Origin: Hydrurus foetidus
Lineage: Eukaryota
Assembly (NCBI GenBank): GCA_900617105.1
Contig: UYFQ01000006.1
Location: 682,001 to 746,000, forward strand
Length of the DNA stretch: 64,000 nucleotides
Reading direction: 5' to 3'
Part shown: piece by piece, positions 58,734 through 64,000 of the stretch
How positions within the stretch are numbered: the stretch's first letter is position 1
Layout: every line of letters starts with the position of its first letter
The notes under the pieces: generated by a model
Database searches by the model: none
What the model saw: only the letters and a program-made list of their open reading frames with translations
What the model was told of the DNA's origin: nothing
Position numbers and translations under genes: made by a program

Positions 58734-60304
58734 TGCCTACTCGAATGCCCCCATCCGCCCCCCGCCCCCTCGACATCGCCCTGCTCGCCAGCGTCTTCGT
58801 CATCGCCGCCTGCGGGCTGGTGTACGAGCTGGCCGCCGGGGCGTTGGCCTCGTACCTGCTGGGCGATTCGGTGTTGCAGTTTTCAACCGTCATCGGCAGC
58901 TACCTGTTTGCAATGGGGATTGGCTCGTACTTGTCGCGTTTCTTTGTGCGGCAACTCCCCGCGCACTTTTTACGCATAGAATTGCTGGTAGCGCTCGCTG
59001 GTGGTGCGTTGCCAGCTATTTTATTCATAGCAAATGCCTACGCCCCCCACAGCTTTCGGTTCCTGCTTTACGGCATGGTGCTGCTGGTGGGCACGCTGGT
59101 GGGGCTGGAGATTCCGCTGGTGATGCGGATTTTGAAGCGCAATGTGGCGCTGAAGGATTTGGTCTCGCAGGTGCTGACTTTCGACTACCTGGGCGCGTTG
59201 GCGGTGTCGGTGGCTTTTCCGCTGGTGCTGGTGCCGCAGCTGGGCTTGATCCGCACCGGGCTGCTGTTTGGGCTGATGAACGCGGCCATCGCCTTCTGGG
59301 CGCTGTGGTTGTTCCGGCACGAACTGCGGCGCTTTGCGGCCCACGCGCTGGCCTGCGGACTGACGCTGGTGGCGCTGCTGGCGGGCTTTGCGGGCGCGGG
59401 GCAGATCACCAGCTTGGCGGAAGACAAGTTTTACCAAGACCGCATCGTGTTCACGGCCACGTCGCCCTATCAGCGCATCGTCGTCACCAACAGCGGAAGT
59501 AACGGGGGAGGTGGTGGCAAAGCCGGGCACCGGCTGTTCCTGAACGGCAACTTGCAATTCGCTGAGCGCGATGAGTACCGCTACCACGAAGCACTGGTGC
59601 ATCCGGCGATGGCGGCCTACACATCAGCGGGAGGTGCTCCTCAAAAAGTAGCAATCCTGGGCGGTGGCGACGGCATGGCGGTGCGTGAAGTCCTCAAATA
59701 CCCCGGCGTGCAGGCCGTCACGCTGGTGGAGCTTGACCCCCACATGACGCAGCTTTTCAGCACCCACGACACCCTGGTGCGCTTGAACGGTGGCGCACTG
59801 CAAAGCCCCAAGCTCAAGATCATCAACGCCGATGCGTTCAAGTGGTTGGAAGAAACCACCGAGACGTTTGACGTGGTGATCGTGGATTTCCCCGACCCCA
59901 CCAACTTTTCGATCGGCAAGCTCTACACCAACGCCTTTTACGCCCTGCTCGACCAGCGTCTGTCGGCCAGCGGTTACGCCGTCATCCAGACCACCTCGCC
60001 GCTGGTGGCCCGCCAGAGCTTTTGGACGGTGGTGCAAACCATCGAATCGGTGGGCCTCACCGCCACGCCGTACCACACCAACGTGCCCAGCTTCGGCGAA
60101 TGGGGCTTCGTCATCGCCAGCCGCAGACCGTGGCACGAGCCGACAAAGCTGCCCGAGGGGCTGCGGTATTTGGATCTTAAAACGCTGCCCCTGCTGTTCG
60201 ACTTTCCGCTGGACATGGCGCGCTTGCCTGCCGAGGTGAACCGGCTCTCTAACCAGGTGCTGGTGACGACGTATGAGGCGGAGTGGGGAAGAGTTTTAAG
60301 GTGA
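58734..60304 (+). CDS. speE: Membrane-fused polyamine aminopropyltransferase (spermidine synthase-like)
   Basis: N-terminal multi-TM domain (ACGLVYEL, GLEIPL); DEYRYHEALVHP, LGGGDG, VELD, DFPDP, PSFGEWG; start uncertain. Confidence 0.88.
59015..59031. repeat. Dispersed 17-bp element embedded in a speE TM segment
   Basis: GCTATTTTATTCATAGC read as GCT ATT TTA TTC ATA GCA (AT-rich rare codons in a GC-rich gene). Confidence 0.65.
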
Positions 60305-60310
60305 TGAGCG

Positions 60311-60682
60311 ATGAAGATTGACCGCGAATTTGTTGACCACAGCTGTGACCTGCTGGCCGGTCTGGGGGCTGTCACCGTCAAACGGATGTTCGGTGGCTTT
60401 GGCCTCAGCCTGGAGGGTATGAACATCGCCATCCTCGCCGACTTGGGCGCTGGCCCGTGCTTGTGGCTCAAGGCCGACGACAGCACCCGCACCCGCTTTG
60501 AGGCCGCAGGCTGCCAACGCTTCACGTACATGGCCAAAGGCTTGCCCCGCAGCGTGAATTACTACAGCGCTCCCGATGACGCGATGGAATCCCCCGCCCT
60601 GATGCAGCCGTGGGCGCTGCTCGCGCTGGAATGCGCGTTGCGTGCCCGCAAACCCAAAATAACGGGGAAGCATCCGCGTTGA
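60311..60682 (+). CDS. TfoX/Sxy N-terminal domain protein
   Basis: VTVKRMFGGFGL, LWLKAD, F.AAG...FTY, YY.AP. Confidence 0.85.
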   Translation: MKIDREFVDHSCDLLAGLGAVTVKRMFGGFGLSLEGMNIAILADLGAGPCLWLKADDSTRTRFEAAGCQRFTYMAKGLPRSVNYYSAPDDAMESPALMQPWALLALECALRARKPKITGKHPR

Positions 60683-60709
60683 CCGGCGCTGTCACCGCCT
60701 TGCCAAACC

Positions 60710-62395
60710 ATGCACCGTCGCCACTTTCTAGCCACAGCCACTTTGCCGCTGCTGGCGTGTACCCCCCAAGACAAGCTCTCGCACATCCAAGGTGGCTTCG
60801 TCGGCATCAACCACGCCCGAGGCCACCAGTTGCGTGACGCGGCGAGCAAGCCCGTTTCGTCCATCTCCCTCACCACCCACCGCACCCGCGTGCTGATCGC
60901 CGGTGGCGGTGTCGCGGGCCTGGCGGCTGCCCGCGCCCTGCGTCTGCGCGGTAGGGACGATTTCGCGCTGCTGGAGTTGGAAGACAGCGCAGGGGGCAAC
61001 AGCCGGGGTGGTGCGGTCAGCGGCATCCCTTGCCCGCTGGGTGCCCATTACCTGCCCGTGCCCAGCGACGACGCACCCGAGGTGCAAGACTTGTTGACCG
61101 AGTTCGGGCTGGCGCAGCGCACGGTGGGCGGTTGGCGGCTGAATTTGACGGGGGAGCGCCACCTGTGCCACAGCCCGCAAGAGCGCGTTTTTTTCAACGG
61201 CCATTGGCAAACCGGCCTGCTGCCCGTAGAAGGCGTGGGCCGCGAGACGCTGGCGCAGTACCGGGCGTTTGAGTTGGCCGTCGCACAGGTTCGCCAATCG
61301 GCACGCTTTGCGATACCTGTGTCTAAAGTGCCGTTACAGCATGTGCATAAAGCGTTAGATGCTATAACTTTTGATGTTTGGTTGACCCAACAAGGCCTGA
61401 GCGATCCGCACCTGCGTTGGTATCTGGACTACTGCTGCCGTGACGATTACGGCGCGGGCAGCGCTACCGTGTCGGCTTGGGCGGGGCTGCACTATTTCGC
61501 TAGCCGCCACGGCTTTCACGCGCCGCAGGCCGGTGATGACTCGGGCCACGGCGACGGGGCTGAACGCGATCAAGGCGTGTTGACGTGGCCCCAGGGCAAT
61601 GCGTGGCTGACCCAGCGCCTCGCCGCCCCTTTGGGCGAGCGGCTGCACACCGGCCAGCTCATCACCCGCATCGAAGTCACCCGCCACGGCGTGGAGGTGG
61701 ACGCGCTCGATGCCCGCACCCAAGCGGTGGAGCGCTGGACGGCGGACAGCTGCATCATCGCGCTGCCCTTGTTCATCGCAGTGCGCGTGCTGCGCAACCC
61801 CCCGCCCGCGCTGGTGCAGGCCGCATCGCAGTTGCGCTACGCGCCGTGGCTGGTGGCTAATTTGCACCTGAGTGCCCCGTTGCAAGACCGCCCCGGTGCG
61901 CCGCCGAGTTGGGACAGCGTGATTTATCCGAGTACCGAGAGCATCAAAAATAATAGCGGTCATAGCACATCAGACGTGGGTTTCAACCTGGGTTATGTGG
62001 ATGCCCAGCATCAAAAACTCAACCCACTGCCCGGCCCCACCGTTTTGACGCATTACCGTGCTTTTGGCATTGACCCGGCGCAGCGCCAAGCCTTGTTTGA
62101 CCAGCCTTGGACACATTGGCGCGACACGGTGCTGGCCGATTTGTCTGTCCCTCATACCGATTTGCCTGCGCTCACGACCCGCATCGACATCGTGCGCTAC
62201 GGCCATGCGATGGCTGTGCCGCTGCCAGGGGTACGCAGCAGCGCGGCGCTGGCAGCTTTGTCGGCATGGCGCGGGAAGGGTGGGCAGCAGGGCGCGGCCA
62301 GTCGCTTGCACTTCGCCCACAGCGATTTATCGGGCTATTCGATCTTTGAAGAAGCCTTCTCCCATGGCCACCGGGCGGGTTTGTTTGTCGTATGA
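60710..62395 (+). CDS. FAD-dependent amine-oxidase-family protein, predicted Tat lipoprotein
   Basis: MHRRHFL...LLAC; GGGVAGL, GGNSRG, LGAHY.P, YCCRDDYG, HSDLSG.S.FEEA. Confidence 0.85.
   Translation: MHRRHFLATATLPLLACTPQDKLSHIQGGFVGINHARGHQLRDAASKPVSSISLTTHRTRVLIAGGGVAGLAAARALRLRGRDDFALLELEDSAGGNSRGGAVSGIPCPLGAHYLPVPSDDAPEVQDLLTEFGLAQRTVGGWRLNLTGERHLCHSPQERVFFNGHWQTGLLPVEGVGRETLAQYRAFELAVAQVRQSARFAIPVSKVPLQHVHKALDAITFDVWLTQQGLSDPHLRWYLDYCCRDDYGAGSATVSAWAGLHYFASRHGFHAPQAGDDSGHGDGAERDQGVLTWPQGNAWLTQRLAAPLGERLHTGQLITRIEVTRHGVEVDALDARTQAVERWTADSCIIALPLFIAVRVLRNPPPALVQAASQLRYAPWLVANLHLSAPLQDRPGAPPSWDSVIYPSTESIKNNSGHSTSDVGFNLGYVDAQHQKLNPLPGPTVLTHYRAFGIDPAQRQALFDQPWTHWRDTVLADLSVPHTDLPALTTRIDIVRYGHAMAVPLPGVRSSAALAALSAWRGKGGQQGAASRLHFAHSDLSGYSIFEEAFSHGHRAGLFVV
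61361..61377. repeat. Dispersed 17-bp element inside the oxidase gene (reverse orientation)
   Basis: Reverse complement ACATCAAAAGTTATAGC followed by ATCTAACGC...GGCACTTTAGAC. Confidence 0.5.
61941..61957. repeat. Dispersed 17-bp element inside the oxidase gene
   Basis: GCATCAAAAATAATAGC; encodes the SIKNNS loop. Confidence 0.55.
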
Positions 62396-62468
62396 ATACA
62401 CCACCCTGACAAGGGTTTGCACTTTGCAGTAGGCTTGGGTTAGAAATTGAAAGACCCAAGGAGGCCTG

Positions 62469-64000
62469 ATGAACGTCCCTTCAGAAGAAGAGCAGCGCTA
62501 CCGCAGCATGTTTGAGAATTCCGTCATCGGCATGTTCCAAATGTCCGCTAGCGGCCACTACCTCGCCGCCAACAGCGCGTTGGCGGTGCTGTACGGCGAT
62601 GCAGCGTCTGGTGTGTCATTGGTGGGTCAGCACAAAGACACCACGCGACGCTATGCAGACCCCCAGCGGCAAGACACCTTCATGCGGCTGATCACGCAGC
62701 AAGGCCGCGTCACTGATTTTGAATCTGAGGTGGTGTGCTGTAATGGTTTGCACCTGTGGATCGTTGAAAACGCCCATGCCGTGTTCAACCCCGACGGTAG
62801 CCTGTGCTACTACGCTGGCACGGTTGAAAACATCACCCAGCGCCGTCAGCACCAAGCCCAGTTGGAATACCAAGCGACCCACGATGCCCTGACAGGCCTG
62901 CCCAACCGTGCTTTGCTGAAAGACTGTTTCAACCAAGCCATGCTGGAAGCCCGGCGCAGCGGCAGCAAAGTGGCAGTGGCGTTCATTGACCTGGACAATT
63001 TCAAACTCGTTAACGACAGCCTGGGCCATGCCTTTGGTGACCGCCTGCTGGTGGAAATCGCCAACCGCCTGCGCAGCTGCCTGCAGGGGGCTGATGCCGT
63101 GGTTCGCTACGGGGGCGATGAATTCGTGCTGATTTTGTGCGAACACGCCAAGTTGAGCGACCTGGCGCTGGCGTTCAAGCGCGTCCATAACACCGTCAGC
63201 GCACCCTTGACCCAAGACGGCCATGCCCTGCGCCTAGCGTGCAGCATTGGCATCAGCGTGTACCCGGACGATGCCAGCGACCTCGAAACCCTGCTGCGCT
63301 ATGCGGATGCCGCCATGCACAACGCCAAAGCGCAAGATAAAGGGCACTTTCAGTTCTACACCGTCACCCTCAATGCCGTGGCCCATGAGCGGCTGGCGAT
63401 GGAAGAGGCCCTGCGTCGCGCCGTGGACAATGACGAGTTGTTTGTGGTCTACCAGCCCAAAGTCGGCGCACATGGCGAGGTCTGCGGTTTTGAAGCGCTG
63501 GTGCGCTGGATCATCCCTGGTGTTGGCCATGTTTCCCCCGTCAAATTCATACCTCTGGCTGAAGAAACCGGACTGATTTTGCCCATCACCGATTTCGTAT
63601 TGCGTGCGGCCTGCACCGAGGCGGCCACCTGGGTAGCGCGAGGGTTTGGCCCGCTCAACGTGGCCGTCAACCTGTCACCCCGGTTGTTCCGCGATGCTGA
63701 TCTCGCCGCCTACATTGCCTTGGTGCTGATGGAAACCGACCTGCCTGCGACGCAACTGGAGCTGGAGATCACCGAAAGCCTGCTGATGGGCGACATTGAG
63801 CGCACCGTGGTGGTGCTGGGGGAGCTGAAAGCGCTGGGCGCACGCATCGCGATTGATGATTTCGGCACAGGCTACTCGTCGCTGGCCTACTTGAAACGAT
63901 TTCCGCTGGATATTCTCAAAATCGACCGCGCGTTTGTGATGGAATGCGAACTTAGCGCCGATGGCATGGCCATCCCCCGCGCCATCATCTCGCTGGGCCA
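62469..64000 (+). CDS. PAS-GGDEF-EAL protein, 3'-truncated by window edge (not in ORF track)
   Basis: ATG after AGGAGG; YRSMFEN PAS, HDALTGLPNR, RYGGDEF, FEALVRW, IDDFGTGYSSL. Confidence 0.92.
   Translation, partial: MNVPSEEEQRYRSMFENSVIGMFQMSASGHYLAANSALAVLYGDAASGVSLVGQHKDTTRRYADPQRQDTFMRLITQQGRVTDFESEVVCCNGLHLWIVENAHAVFNPDGSLCYYAGTVENITQRRQHQAQLEYQATHDALTGLPNRALLKDCFNQAMLEARRSGSKVAVAFIDLDNFKLVNDSLGHAFGDRLLVEIANRLRSCLQGADAVVRYGGDEFVLILCEHAKLSDLALAFKRVHNTVSAPLTQDGHALRLACSIGISVYPDDASDLETLLRYADAAMHNAKAQDKGHFQFYTVTLNAVAHERLAMEEALRRAVDNDELFVVYQPKVGAHGEVCGFEALVRWIIPGVGHVSPVKFIPLAEETGLILPITDFVLRAACTEAATWVARGFGPLNVAVNLSPRLFRDADLAAYIALVLMETDLPATQLELEITESLLMGDIERTVVVLGELKALGARIAIDDFGTGYSSLAYLKRFPLDILKIDRAFVMECELSADGMAIPRAIISLG

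Noticed and set aside
1..64000. CRISPR array, tRNA, rRNA, integrase or prophage genes
   Set aside because: No regularly spaced repeats, cloverleafs or recombinase/phage genes recognised by eye; an Infernal/tRNAscan run would be needed to exclude small RNAs.

Overview
Betaproteobacterial (Comamonadaceae/Rhodoferax-like, judged from gene content) chromosomal segment. Core genes are a CzcBA/CusBA-type RND efflux pair, minCDE, maeB, an RNase(barnase-fold)/barstar pair, rsmA-surA-lptD, amgK, rtcR-rtcB-rtcA (sigma54), tamA/tamB, a TorT-like protein plus histidine kinase, rubrerythrin-rubredoxin-reductase, and two c-di-GMP enzymes. Downstream of minE are two spacing-conserved copies of an oriC-like module (TAG trios, DnaA boxes, IHF site) separated by an intact IS5. 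About 29.1-43.7 kb is an IS-riddled accessory block carrying a carotenoid-oxygenase-family catabolic operon and a candidate (R)-amine transaminase; it lies between two copies of a 67-bp DUF350 segment. Main leads: (1) a putative -1 frameshift signal at the end of barstar that would add a tail ending in an ssrA-like LAAA degron; (2) a dispersed 17-bp GCTA-N9-TAGC element found about 12 times, often inside coding sequence and not seen in the island; (3) the doubled origin-like module; (4) a SPFH-DUF4178-DUF350-membrane SpeE-Tat oxidase system scattered over three loci. All family calls come from motif recognition by eye, not database searches.
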